Origin: Pecten maximus
Lineage: Eukaryota
Length of the DNA stretch: 64,000 bases
Assembly (NCBI RefSeq): GCF_902652985.1
Contig: NC_047022.1
Span: 15,252,001 to 15,316,000, forward strand
Reading direction: 5' to 3'
A program made the position numbers and the translations under genes. The notes beneath the pieces are model-generated. The model saw only the letters and a program-made list of their open reading frames with translations. It searched no databases and was not told where the DNA came from. Every line of letters starts with the position of its first letter. The first letter of the stretch is position 1. Below are positions 41,001 to 52,762 of this stretch, piece by piece.

Positions 41001-44000
41001 ATCACTATTCCACATGTAATATTGGTGTTTACTGAAGTGAAAATGATTAGCCATGTAGATCCCTATTCCACATGTAATATTGGTGTTTACTGGAGTGAAA
41101 ATGATTAGCCATGTAGATCCATATTCCACATGTGATATTGGTGTTTACTGAAGTGGAACATGATTGGGCCATGTAGATCCCTATTCCACATGTAATATTG
41201 GTGTTTACTGAAGTGGAACATGATTGGGTCATGTAGATTTCTATTTTACATGTGATATTGATGTTTACTGAAGTAAAAATGATTAGCCATGTAGATCCCT
41301 ATTCCACATATAATATTGATGTTTACTGAAGTGGGACACGATTAGGTCATGTAGATTTCTATTTCACACGTGATATTTGTGTTTACTGAAGTAGAACATG
41401 ATTAGCCATGTATATCACTATTCCACATCTATAACAATAACTGTTGTATATAACAGATGATGAAGAACCTGCTACTGACAGAGGGAGACATGGTGACCGT
41501 AGAAAATGTGTCCCTCAAAGTGGCCACTTTTGCACGGTTCCAGCCCCAGAGTGTGGACTTCCTGGACATAACCAATCCAAAAGCTGTGTATCCTTTTGTA
41601 AATGTAGTCTGTGTAACGTCTGATATAACTATAGTTTGTATAGAATAGTTATTATGTGTTCTCTGAGCCACCATTTCTGCCAAAGGTTGTTCTGCAATAA
41701 GGTCTTCATACATTATCTATTACATACTGTAATAATGTACTCTACCAAAGGATATTTATGTTAATGGAAATCATGGAATATTTGTGATTTTATGCTACTG
41801 TATTTGTTGATACTAATTTTCTCAAAAACATAATCTGTGAATTTGATTGGTTTGGTTGCACAGTGGATAGCTTACTTGCCATTCACAGAGTCAGGCTTAT
41901 TGTAGTTTTATATTTAAGTAAAGCCCCCCCTAAGCCTATGTGTGTTTTTGTAAGGCTGCCATATGTCCGTGTTTGTCTCCATGTGATAGTTTGGAACTTA
42001 TGATGACTTTATAGTGCTATCTTTCACAGAGGCAGCCAGAGTTTTTCTCCCTGATCAGATGTATGAACTTTTTCCTGTCCATGTTTTCCGCCCATGTTTC
42101 CTGTCCATGTTTCCTGTCCATGTTTCCTGTCCATGTTTCCCGCTCATGTTTCCTAACCATGTTTCTCAGCCACATTTCTTGTCCATGTTTCCTGTCCACA
42201 TTTCTTGTCCATGTTTCCCATCCGTGTCCATGTTTCCCGTCCACATTTCTTGTCCATGTTTCCTGTCCATGTTTCCTGTCCATGTTTCCCACAATTTAAA
42301 ATTAAGATGCAGCCTCAAATCAAACATTTTAATTAACAAGTATAGAAACAGCTGTTGCTAGAAGTGGGCAATATAAACAGGAACAGACTGATATCGATAG
42401 AAAACAGGCTGACAATGACAACAACATGATAAAGATTCATTATACATGTATGTACAATTTGAGTGATATTTTAAGAAAGTAGTACATGTGTATGTCTATA
42501 TACAGTATTTCTTTTTGTAGTCACTGAGCTCTGTTATTATCCTTAAATCTTGTCTTTAGTTTAGAGAACATGCTAAGAAGTTTTGCCTGTTTATCAACAG
42601 ATGACATAATCTCCATCAAGTACAATGAAAGGGTAAGTAATGATATAACAGACCGTAGCCAGTGTTATCTGCAAAAGGGACAAATGAGACAATGAGATAA
42701 ATATTTACCACTTACAAGAAAAAGAAAACAATACAAATTTAGAAAAACTTTGTTTTAACAAAGTTACTGTAAAAGCTTGCAAGGCAGAACTTTGGAATTT
42801 TGTTTTCTTTGAAAAGAATTATTCTCAAGTCCAAACAATTGCTGAAATATATGGAACTGTTTTGTAATGAAGCTTCATGTATTATACAGGAAGTTTGATA
42901 TCTTATATCCTTTACTCATGACGGGGAGAAGGTTTAATAGTATAAACATATAGAAAGACTTCTACGATGACATCAACTAGAACAACCCTTACAGGATCTG
43001 CAACTTCAAGGGGAGACAACTTGGTATGATTTAGAAACAAGACAACCTTGTATGCTTTATACACATTGTTAATATATATTTCTAGAGTAAAGGTTATCAT
43101 TATGATACATGTACAAGTTTATGGTATCACTAGGTAGTGTTAACCTGCTAGTCTTTATCATAGTTCTCGTAAAATCAGATGAAAGACTAACCATTATTGT
43201 TGGTTTTTAACAGGAGTACGAGATGTTGGTATTGGAGACACGACCCGACAAGGCAGTATCCATAATTGAGTGCGACATGAACGTGAGTACTAATCTGTTT
43301 TTAAGAGTTATTTAAACAAATATTAAACCTTTCTGCAGATAGAATAAATCATTCTTGGTGTACTGGGTAGAGGTTTTTGACATACGATGACTTCATTTAC
43401 TACACTTTCAAGGTCACAAGGATCAATATCTTAAAATCTCTAAGCCTCCCTTTCTGAAAATCCCCAAGTTTAAATGAAAAAGCAATTTTCCTGTTGCTTT
43501 CTTGAAAGCATACTTCCAAATGATACAGTTTAGCTTTCTTGCGTACTCACGAAGATCCTTGAAGTAAATTTGGCCTTGGATGCTGAGGATGTGAGATATG
43601 TTTTCTAGCAGCACTGAATAATAGGTGAGTGATACAGACCCATTGGGCCTTTTCTTAAAATCTCTTTCTCTGAAATGATATGACATCATTACAGGTAGAC
43701 TTTGCACCACCTGTAGGCTACAAGGAGCCAGTACCGATGAAGAAACAGGAGGAAGAGGATTTAGATGCAGATGTGAGTCTAATTATAATGCTCTTGACAA
43801 TGTTTAACTTTAATTACATAATTCATATAGGACATGTAAAACAAAAACAGGTAAAAATACCTGCATCTTGTAACAACTGTAACAACTGTAACATTGTAAG
43901 AGGAAAGTCTTGTGAGAAAAAATTTGATTTTGATTATTATAAATTCCCACATTGTGTTAAAAGTATGGGTGAAGAAAGTCTCATTTGAATCTGATTTTTT

Positions 44001-47000
44001 GTAAATAAGAGGTAATCAGGGAGATTATGTTACATCTAAACAAAACTTTGTCATTTTATTTCAAAAATAAACAATCAATAATGTAATATTTTAAAAGGAA
44101 AGAATAGTTGAGATTTATTTCACTATCTAAATTTTTTTTTTTTTAAATTAGAGAGGAAGTGAGATAGAATGTAGGTTATGTTGTTCATGATTAGGCTTGT
44201 TTTTTTAGCCAACCATCATGAGATGGTGGGCTATTCAAATCGCCTTGCGTCTATAGTCTGTGATCCGTCCGTCCGCCTGCCCTTCCTTCCGTCTGTACGT
44301 CAGTCCCTCTATAAACAATTCTTGTTATCGCTATTTCTCTTCAAATTTTGGTACTGATTGGAAAACAACATGGCCGACAGGCTACCATCTTGGATTTTGA
44401 CAATTGAAGATTGTTATCGCTAAATCTCAGAAAGAACTGAAAGGACCTTTTTCAAATTTCATGTGTAAGTTGCCCTTGATCCCTAGTTATGCATATTGCA
44501 TTGTGGGACCGATCGGAAATCACCATGGCCGACAGGCGGCCATCTTAGATTTTGACAAATGAAGTTTTTACCGTTAGATCTCAAAAAGTACTGAAGGGAT
44601 GTTTCTCAAATTTCATGTGTCGGTTTCCCTTGGTCCCTTTTTCTGCATAACACATTTTGGGACCGATCAGAGAACATCATGGCTGACAGGGGCCATCTTG
44701 TATTTTGACAATTGAAGTTTGTTACTGCTATTTCTCAAATTTAAGTACTAATAGCGATTACAAGTCTTTCTCAGCTTTGAATGTAGATGTTCCCCTTGGT
44801 CCCTAGTTGTTCATGCAAGTCTGATTGAAAGAACTAAGTGGATGACAAAGAGTGTGGCCATCTTGGATTTTGACAATTGCAGGTTGCTCCTGCTATATAA
44901 TATTATATAAAGCTATTAAATGTTTTTAAGGAATAGTGAAAGAAGGGGAAAAAAGAGAAAAGATAAGTCTTTCATTTGATAGATATAGATTGTTTTATAC
45001 CAGTAATATCAACAGCTATGGTCAGTTATGGACTGCCTTCCCTGTGTACAAGATGTATGCATGTTATTATTTTTATTGTGTGTGTGTATGTTTACGGAGG
45101 CTGTGGTATGTTTGTTTGTTTCCATGTGATAGCCTAGAATTAATGCCGTCTTTATAATGCTGAAGTTTACTTCCCAAGACATTCAGCAGTCACCCCACTT
45201 AGTCACATTATACTTAGAACAGGCAAACCAATCATCACACTCCCAGAATGCTGAATGCTAAGCAGGAGTAGTAACTACCAGTTTTATAGACTTCAATCTT
45301 CCTCACGTGTGCTCTTCTTAAGGCAAAAAATGAGGCAGTTTCAAGGGAGACATTACGTAGATAGAAAGATGTTTAGAAAGAAAGAGAAAAAGAAGATCCG
45401 AGATTTAGTCACCTCATTTGAATTATGCAATGGGAACAGCAGGAACCAATCTTATGCCCTAGTCAGGTAGTCATGAATTGTAATTAATGGTTGTGTGACT
45501 TAGTTGTTATCTATAAACTATTTTTCTGTTCCAGAATGCTATGGACGTAGCTGACTGTATGGATAACGCATTTAGGGTAAGTGTGGGGACACTTGATAAA
45601 CAAATTTATCAAATTAATCCAAACATTTCATTGCACACAAGAATCAATGCCAATTTTGTATAACTGCAGCCATAAAGATGATAATACATTTCATACAAAC
45701 ATCATTTGCACTCAAATTTTATACCTCTTTAAAAGATATGAAATTTAATTACAAAGTAGGTAATGTAGAATTCTGAACTGTCCTTACAGGCATTTAGTGG
45801 ATCTGGAAACAGACTAGACGGTAAGAAGAAGGGTATGGAGACAGATAATCAGATCACCCCTACAGGGCCTCCAAAAAGGTGAGAGAGACTTAACAGTATT
45901 TCACAGACTCATTCAGCAAGTTAAAAAGAGATCGATATTTTACACTGATGTCATTATGAGGTCTGATAATATCTCTTCTATTACCTAAAATATTTAGAAA
46001 AAAAATCTGAAATAAGTAAAAAATGAAGGAGCATTTATATATTTTTGATACCAATCTAGTTCTTAACATTTTTTTAAAAGCAAATCAGAAACACAGAAAT
46101 AGTCTAGTCTCTTTATAGAAATAGAATATGTTACAGAATATTTTTCATCTTATCTACCAAGTTTTTGATTTCTGTGTTCCCCTGGTCACTTGAATATCTT
46201 TTGTTATATCTCTAGGGGAATTCCAAACTACAACTACAAAAAAGGAACTCTCACATTTATCCGGACACAACGACAGATACAGACAAATGGGGAGGATGTA
46301 AGTTTGGTTAATGTAAAGTTATTTCTGTAAGATGTAAAAATTTAAATCGTCATGTGAATTTCACAATATTTTAGATAAATGGATTAAAAATTAAACTGTA
46401 TTAGATTTGTCATAAAAGATATTTGATTATTACTCTAGACTGTTTGATTTAGGGTTGTCCCTGTAGTCAATGGTTACATACACAACTAGATTTAGGGTTG
46501 TCCCTGTAGTCAATGGCTACATACACAACTAGATTTAGGGTTGTCCCTGTAGTCAATGGTTACATACACAACTAGATTTAGGGTTGTCCCTGTAGTCAAT
46601 GGCTACATACACAACTAGATTTAGGGTTGTCCCTGTAGTCAATGGTTACATACACAACTAGATTTAGGGTTGTCCCTGTAGTCAATGGTTACATACACAA
46701 CTAGATTTAGGGTTGTCCCTGTAGTCAATGGCTACATACACAACTAGATTTAGGGTTGTCCCTGTAGTCAATGGTTACATACACAACTAGATTTAGGGTT
46801 GTCCCTGTAGTCAATGGCTACATACACAACTAGATTTAGGGTTGTCCCTGTAGTCAATGGTTACATACACAACTAGATTTAGGGTTGTCCCTGTAGTCAA
46901 TGGCTACATACACAACTAGATTTAGGGTTGTCCCTGTAACCAATGGCTACATACACAACTAGATTTAGGGTTGTCCCTGTAACCAATGGCTACATACACA

Positions 47001-48379
47001 ACTAGATTTAGGGTTGTGCCTGTAGTCAATGGCTACATACACAACTAGATTTAGGGTTGTCCCTGTAACCAATGGCTACATACACAACTAGATTTAGGGT
47101 TGTCCCTGTAACCAATGGCTACATACACAACTAGATTTAGGGTTGTCCCTGTAACCAATGGCTACATACACAACTAGATTTAGGGTTGTCCCTGTAATCA
47201 ATGGCTACATACACAACTGGATTTAGGGTTGTCCCTGTAGTCAATGGCTACATACACAACTAGATTTAGGGTTGTCCCAGTAGTCAATGGTTACATACAC
47301 AACTGGATTTAGGGTTGTCTCTGTAGTCAATGGCTACATACACAACTAGATTTAGGGTTGTCCCTGTAGTCAATGGCTACATACACAACTAGATTTAGGG
47401 TTGTCCCTGTAGTCAATGGCTACATACACAACTAGATTTAGGGTTGTCCCTGTAGTCAATGGCTACATACACAACTAGATTTAGGGTTGTCCCTGTAGTC
47501 AATGGCTACATACACAACTAGATTTAGGATTGTCCCTGTAACCAATGGTTACATACACAACTGGATTTAGGGTTGTCCCTGTAGTCAATGGCTACATACA
47601 CAACTAGATTTAGGGTTGTCCCTGTAACCAATGGCTACATACACAACTAGATTTAGGGTTGTCCCTGTAGTCAATGGCTACATACACAACTAGATTTAGG
47701 GTTGTCCCTGTAGTCAATGGCTACATACACAACTAGATTTAGGGTTGTCCCTGTAGTCAATGGCTACATACACAACTAGATTTAGGGTTGTCCCTGTAGT
47801 CAATGGCTACATACACAACTGGATTTAGGGTTGTCCCTGTAGTCACTGGCTACATACACAACTAGATTTAGGGTTGTCCCTGTAGTCAATGGCTACATAC
47901 ACAACTAGATTTAGGGTTGTCCCTGTAATCAATGGCTACATACACAACTGGATTTAGGGTTGTCCCTGTAACCACAGGCTACATACACAAAGATTTACAA
48001 TATTTGATATAAAATATAATTTCTGTCACATAATTATTTATCAGTCTGAGTGAAAAATGACATAAATGAGGGGTGCAGAGTATACTCATAAAGGTACTCT
48101 TTTATAGAAACTTCTCTCACTTTTAAATCTTTATAAGGAAACGTTTTGTATTACTGTTTGTGAATTTGTGAGTGGGTTGGATCACAAATGTGCATTTATG
48201 TGAAATGAGAAAACAAAAGAAATTAGATTTTGTATACAGCAACACTATTGTCACCTAACAGATCCATGTAAGTAAGACGTCAATTCATCGTTTTTCTTTC
48301 TATCTAGGATAAAGATGGAAAAGGATTCGAAGCATTTTCTGGATCAGGACAAGCCCTACGCAAAAAGGGACGGAAGTGA
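38029..48379 (+). CDS. UFD1: Ubiquitin recognition factor in ERAD 1 (p97/VCP cofactor), 301 aa, 12 exons
   Basis: Exons 38029-38031 (ATG only), 38373-38484 (YRCYSVSMM...ERGGK), 40200-40232 ([11 protein letters not shown]), 40469-40590 (YPMLFKL...[13 protein letters not shown]), 41457-41587, 42560-42632, 43214-43282 ([10 protein letters not shown]), 43695-43772 ([12 protein letters not shown]), 45535-45576, 45790-45878 ([13 protein letters not shown] box), 46216-46297, 48308-48379 ([17 protein letters not shown]). Total 906 nt. Confidence 0.95.
39656..39966 (-). mobile_element. TRIM (miniature LTR element) with tRNA-like sequence in both LTRs, Helenus-type
   Basis: LTRs 39656-39782 and 39870-39966 (internally deleted), both TG...CA. 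On the minus strand, PPT AAGGAGGGGGGAA (39783-39795) directly precedes the 3' LTR, and a PBS-like TGTCGCCAAAC lies 2 nt after the 5' LTR. The internal part is only 87 bp. The LTRs carry A-box TAGCTCAATTGGTAGAGC and B-box GGTTCGAACCC (B-box damaged in the deleted copy). Confidence 0.75.
40833..41428. repeat. ~59-60-bp minisatellite, ~10 copies, UFD1 intron 4
   Basis: Unit ATGTAATATTGGTGTTTACTGAAGTGGAACATGATTAGGCCATGTAGATCCCTATTCCAC; ends ~28 bp before exon 5. Confidence 0.9.
41588..42559 (+). other. U12-type (minor spliceosome) GT-AG intron in UFD1
   Basis: 5' site GTATCCTTT at 41588; branch-point-like TCCTTAAAT ~42540-42548, about 10 nt before the AG at 42558-42559. Splicing gives PKAV|LENML in frame. 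Confidence 0.85.
42070..42292. repeat. 13-bp tandem repeat inside the U12 intron
   Basis: Unit CATGTTTCCTGTC. Confidence 0.9.
44203..44900. mobile_element. Non-autonomous Helentron-like element in a UFD1 intron
   Basis: TTTTAGCCAACCATC...GATGGTGGGCTA hairpin; (CCGT)n; ~4 internal repeats of CATGGCCGACAGGCGGCCATCTTGGATTTTGACAATTGAAG. Confidence 0.65.
44990..45292 (-). mobile_element. Degenerate, 5'-truncated SINE with a Meta-domain-like core
   Basis: GTCACATTATAC...GGCAAACCAATC...CACTCCC...ATGCTGAATGCTAAGCAGG...ACTACCAGTTTTATAG resembles mollusc MetaSINE cores; related fragments at ~34690-34810 and ~41950-42030. Confidence 0.5.
46446..47991. repeat. 43-bp minisatellite, ~36 copies, last UFD1 intron
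   Basis: Unit GATTTAGGGTTGTCCCTGTAGTCAATGGCTACATACACAACTA; very homogeneous. Confidence 0.95.
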
Positions 48380-49893
48380 TGTATGGACAATAAACTTTTT
48401 TTACCATCAGATGTGGAGATTTAAACCAGATCTACAGACACCATTAAAAATACAGAGACCCTATTCATAATACCGTCATCATTTAATAAACAGACACCCA
48501 TCCCTAAAACCATTAAAAAAATGGTACAGACATTCAGATAGGGTTAAATAAGTTTTGAACTTGATGATAAGATTGAAATCGGTTAAAACAGAGTTTTATG
48601 AATTGCGGTATTCAGCATACAAGTAATTAATCTGTCATTAACGACTAAGACAATAGAATGAAAAAAAAGGTTTGTGTCGATTGAATTTCATGCTGTTTTT
48701 ACTGAGCTGTAACACATTTCAGTTGCTATCATTACGGTATAATTTTAGTAGAGATTGAAAATCTGTTTGTGTGAAAAGTTATGAATGTGATGAATGAAGT
48801 AAAGGTGGCTGTGCTTGGTGTATAATGTAATAACATCTCTTGAGGATATCACAATATATATTGATGATGTAGATATAAAATCATACTGTGGATGTGTGTT
48901 AGTGAAGTATGGTATGAGGTGTGTATTACCAGTGTAGCATGGTATTTTGGATCATGGTGAAATGACCATGGGGTCAAAATACCATTATGGTGAAATGACC
49001 CCAGGGGTCAATTTACTATGGGGGTCAAAATACCATACTACACCACACCAACTGTTTCTGTATCCACTTCCAGTCCACCAATATATCCTGCTGTGATCAA
49101 TGTAGCATTAGAAAGACTTTCTGAGTACAGGTGTATTTTGTCAAAACAAATCAAATTTTATTCAGCAAAGTACTCTATTATAAGTGTATATTTAAATCTG
49201 TTTTCCATTAGTCTCCATTTTTGTATTACATCACCAAAATTCAGTGTGAATAGATAATCAAATTAACGAAAAATCTCATCAATTTATACAAAACACCAAA
49301 AACCTCATGATTGTATAAAACAATATTTATTGGTTAAATTTTTTATCTACAGAATATATAACACAAAGATATGTTGATGGTAATCACATAAGACCTACTG
49401 TTTATTACAAGTATGTAAAGGTATTAAATAAGGAGAACTTTTTTTTGTGGAAGACATCTTTGAGAATAGAAAAGGAATTATTACATTATGAACACTGAGC
49501 TATATGGTGAATATATGGGTGAGAATGTGTATGTTACCAGTACAAAAGTGCTGACCTCATCTATTTATTATATCAACATAATGTTGAGTGTATGTTACCT
49601 TTCTAATAAAACAATAAGGTAAACTTTTTTGTTTAATTATATTTTCTTCAGAACAGAATTGGATGCAGCAAGAAATATTTCAACGCTACATGTACCTTAT
49701 GAGGAAGAATTTGATTTATGAGATTTTTTGGTGTCCGTTTGGTGATTTTTTTTCTTCTTTATGTAGCCACCTCCAGTCTTCAACAGTCACCTTTATGTCA
49801 CAGTTTCTTGTTTACGGAGATCACCTTTATATATTTCCATTCGCTCTGCATTTCCCCATTGACACTATGCTAAGGGGCAGTTGCCACCATACG

Positions 49894-50686
49894 CCTATAG
49901 CACCCAGTGCCTCAGGCTATAACACCCAGTGTCTCGGGCTATAACACCCAGTGTCTCGGGCTATAACACACAGTGTCTCCGGCTATAACACCCAGTGTCT
50001 CGGGGCTATAACACCCAGTGTCTCAGGCTATAACACCCAGTGTCTCAGGCTATAACACCCAGTGTCTCGGGCTTTTACACCCAGTGTCTCAGACTATAAC
50101 GCCCAATGTCTCAGGCTATAACACCCAGTGTCTCAGGCTATAACACCCAGGGTCTCGGGCTATAACACCCAGTGTCTCAGACTATAACGCCCAGTGTCTC
50201 AGACTATAACACCCAGTGTCTCGGGCTATAACACCCAGTGTCTCAGACTATAACACCCAGTGTCTCAGACTATAACACCCAATGTCTCAGACTATAACAC
50301 CCAATGTCTCAGGCTATAACACCCAGTGTCTCGGGCTATAACACCCAGTGTCTCAGGCTATAACACCCAATGTCTCAGGCTATAACACCCAGTGGGTCAG
50401 GCTATAACACCCAGGGTCTAAGTCTATAACACCCAATGTCTCAGACTATAACACCCAGTGTCTCGGGCTATAACACCCAGTGTCTCAGACTATAACACCC
50501 AGTGTCTCAGACTATAACACCCAATGTCTCAGACTATAACACAAAGTGTCTCATGCTATAACACCCAGTGTCTCGGGCTATAACACCCAGTGTCTCATGC
50601 TATAACACCCAAGGGGTCAGGCTATAACACCCAGTGTCTCATGCTATAACACCCAATGTCTCGGGCGACAACACCCAGTGGGTCAT
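49894..50686. repeat. 22-bp minisatellite, ~36 copies
   Basis: Unit CTATAACACCCAGTGTCTCAGG. Confidence 0.95.
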
Positions 50687-51094
50687 GTGACATTTAAAAA
50701 GGCGGATTATTTCTTTTTTTGTTGGTTCAGTTTTCAAAATTGACGAAAATGGTAAGGCAATGTAAATATAAGTATTGACCTGTGATTTTAATGTTGTTAT
50801 AGACGATTTGACAGCAAGATATATGGTGGACAGATGCCATTGGAACTATTGATGCCATATTGACTCTTACAACATTAAAACCACTATTGATTGCTTAAAT
50901 AAAAGCCACGTTCTCTACAAAGGTCACCTGACATGCCTGTTGCTCAGTTGTTGTTGACAAGAATGGATTAACAGTCATGTCTGGCAAAATAAACATGTAG
51001 TAGGGATTGTGTGCTTGTGAAATTGGTTGCTCTAGATAAGTGGCAAACAGTGGTTGAAAGGTGTGTAAACACTGCTATTTAATATGTGACCCTA

Positions 51095-51266
51095 ACCATT
51101 GGAAAATACAGGATTGAGTGAAATGTCAGTAGGTGGACCCCAACCATTGGAAAATACAGGATTGAGTGAAATGTCAGTAGGTGGACCCCAACCATTGGAA
51201 AATACAGGATTGAGAGAAATGCCAGTAGGTGGACCCCAACCATTGGGAAATACAGGATTGAGAGAA
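51095..51266. repeat. 48-bp tandem repeat, ~3.5 copies
   Basis: Unit AACCATTGGAAAATACAGGATTGAGTGAAATGTCAGTAGGTGGACCCC. Confidence 0.9.
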
Positions 51267-51491
51267 TCGACTCGGACAAGCTATTCCCTAAGCAGTCCAG
51301 GACAGGGATTTGATGTGTGTGGAAGTACTAGACTTAAGTCATAACATCAGATCTGTAATATAAACTAACATTCACAGAAAGCACACAAATAAACCCTAAT
51401 TGGGCCAGTATGTGACTATCACAGTAAGATATAAGACAAGGACCCACCCTTACTGTCATGATCTTGTCATTGGCAAGATACATTATCTAAA

Positions 51492-52275
51492 TTGCTTTGG
51501 GCCGTAGACCACGTTCTGGCCTCCTGTATGTTGTTTGGACCGTATACCATGTGCTGGCCTCCTGTATGTTGTTTGGACCGTATACCACGTGCTGGCCTCC
51601 CGTATGTTGCTTTGGACCGTATAACACGTGCTGGCCTCCCGTATGTTGCTTTGGGACCGTATACCACGTGCTGGCCTCCTAGTATGTTGCTTTGGACCGT
51701 ATACCACGTTCTGGCCTCCCGTATGTTACTTTGGACCGTATACCGCGTGCTGGCCTCCTGTATGTTGCTTTGGACCGTATAACACGTGCTGGCCTCCCGT
51801 ATGTTGCTTTGGACCGTATAACACGTGCTGGCCTCCCGTATGTTGCTTTGGACCGTATACCACGTTCTGGCCTCCCGTATGTTACTTTGGACCGTATAAC
51901 ACGTGCTGGCCTCCCGTATGTTGCTTTGGACCGTATACCATGTGCTGGCCTCCTGTATGTTGTTTGGGCCGTAGACCACGTGCTGGCCTCCCGTATGTTG
52001 CTTTGGACCGTATAACACGTGCTGGCCTCCCGTATGTTGCTTTGGACCGTATACCACGTGCTGGCCTCCTGTATGTTGCTTTGGGCCGTAGACCACGTGC
52101 TGGCCTCCCGTATGTTGCTTTGGACCGTATAACACGTGCTGGCCTCCCGTATGTTGCTTTGGACCGTATACCACGTTCTGGCCTCCCGTATGTTACTTTG
52201 GGCCGTATACCACGTTCTGGCCTCCTGTATGTTGCTTTGGGCAGCAAACCACGTGCTGGCCTCCTGTATGTTGTT
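51492..52275. repeat. 39-bp minisatellite, ~20 copies
   Basis: Unit TTGCTTTGGACCGTATACCACGTGCTGGCCTCCCGTATG. Confidence 0.95.
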
Positions 52276-52762
52276 CAATAAGGTAGCCACCAGCTACTCC
52301 AAGGTGACCCCTTCTAAAAAGTAACATCTTTCTGTTCAATAAGTGATACTCAAAAAGTATTAAGTTGAACAAACAAACCACACAGACTGGGTACATATGG
52401 GCTTGGATTACCAATCTGCACAGTCCGTGTATGGGATTAATGTACAGAAAGATATGTGGAAAGTTACAACAGTTGGTGAACACGAGAGAAATAATACAGA
52501 AACCACCATGAAGGTCTTGGTATGTGAGAACTGATCATGACAAATCACTGTGATGATTACCTCCCTTAGACCAGCTGACCATCGCATCATTTCTCAATGG
52601 GTTAACTATTATGATCTATGGGACATATGAGACACGTGATGGGTATTGGGCACATACCAATTGGTGAGGCATTTAATTTGCATGTTAATATAGCATTGTA
52701 AAAGAAATTACAGAATACGGACATATCCGTGGGATAGGGTCGTGCATCTGGACACGAGGACA

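Noticed and set aside
40821-42361. Repetitive ORFs ([16 protein letters not shown])
   Set aside because: Translations of intronic minisatellites.
46446-47991. Interstitial telomere
   Set aside because: Only one TTAGGG per 43-bp unit, with no (TTAGGG)n run.
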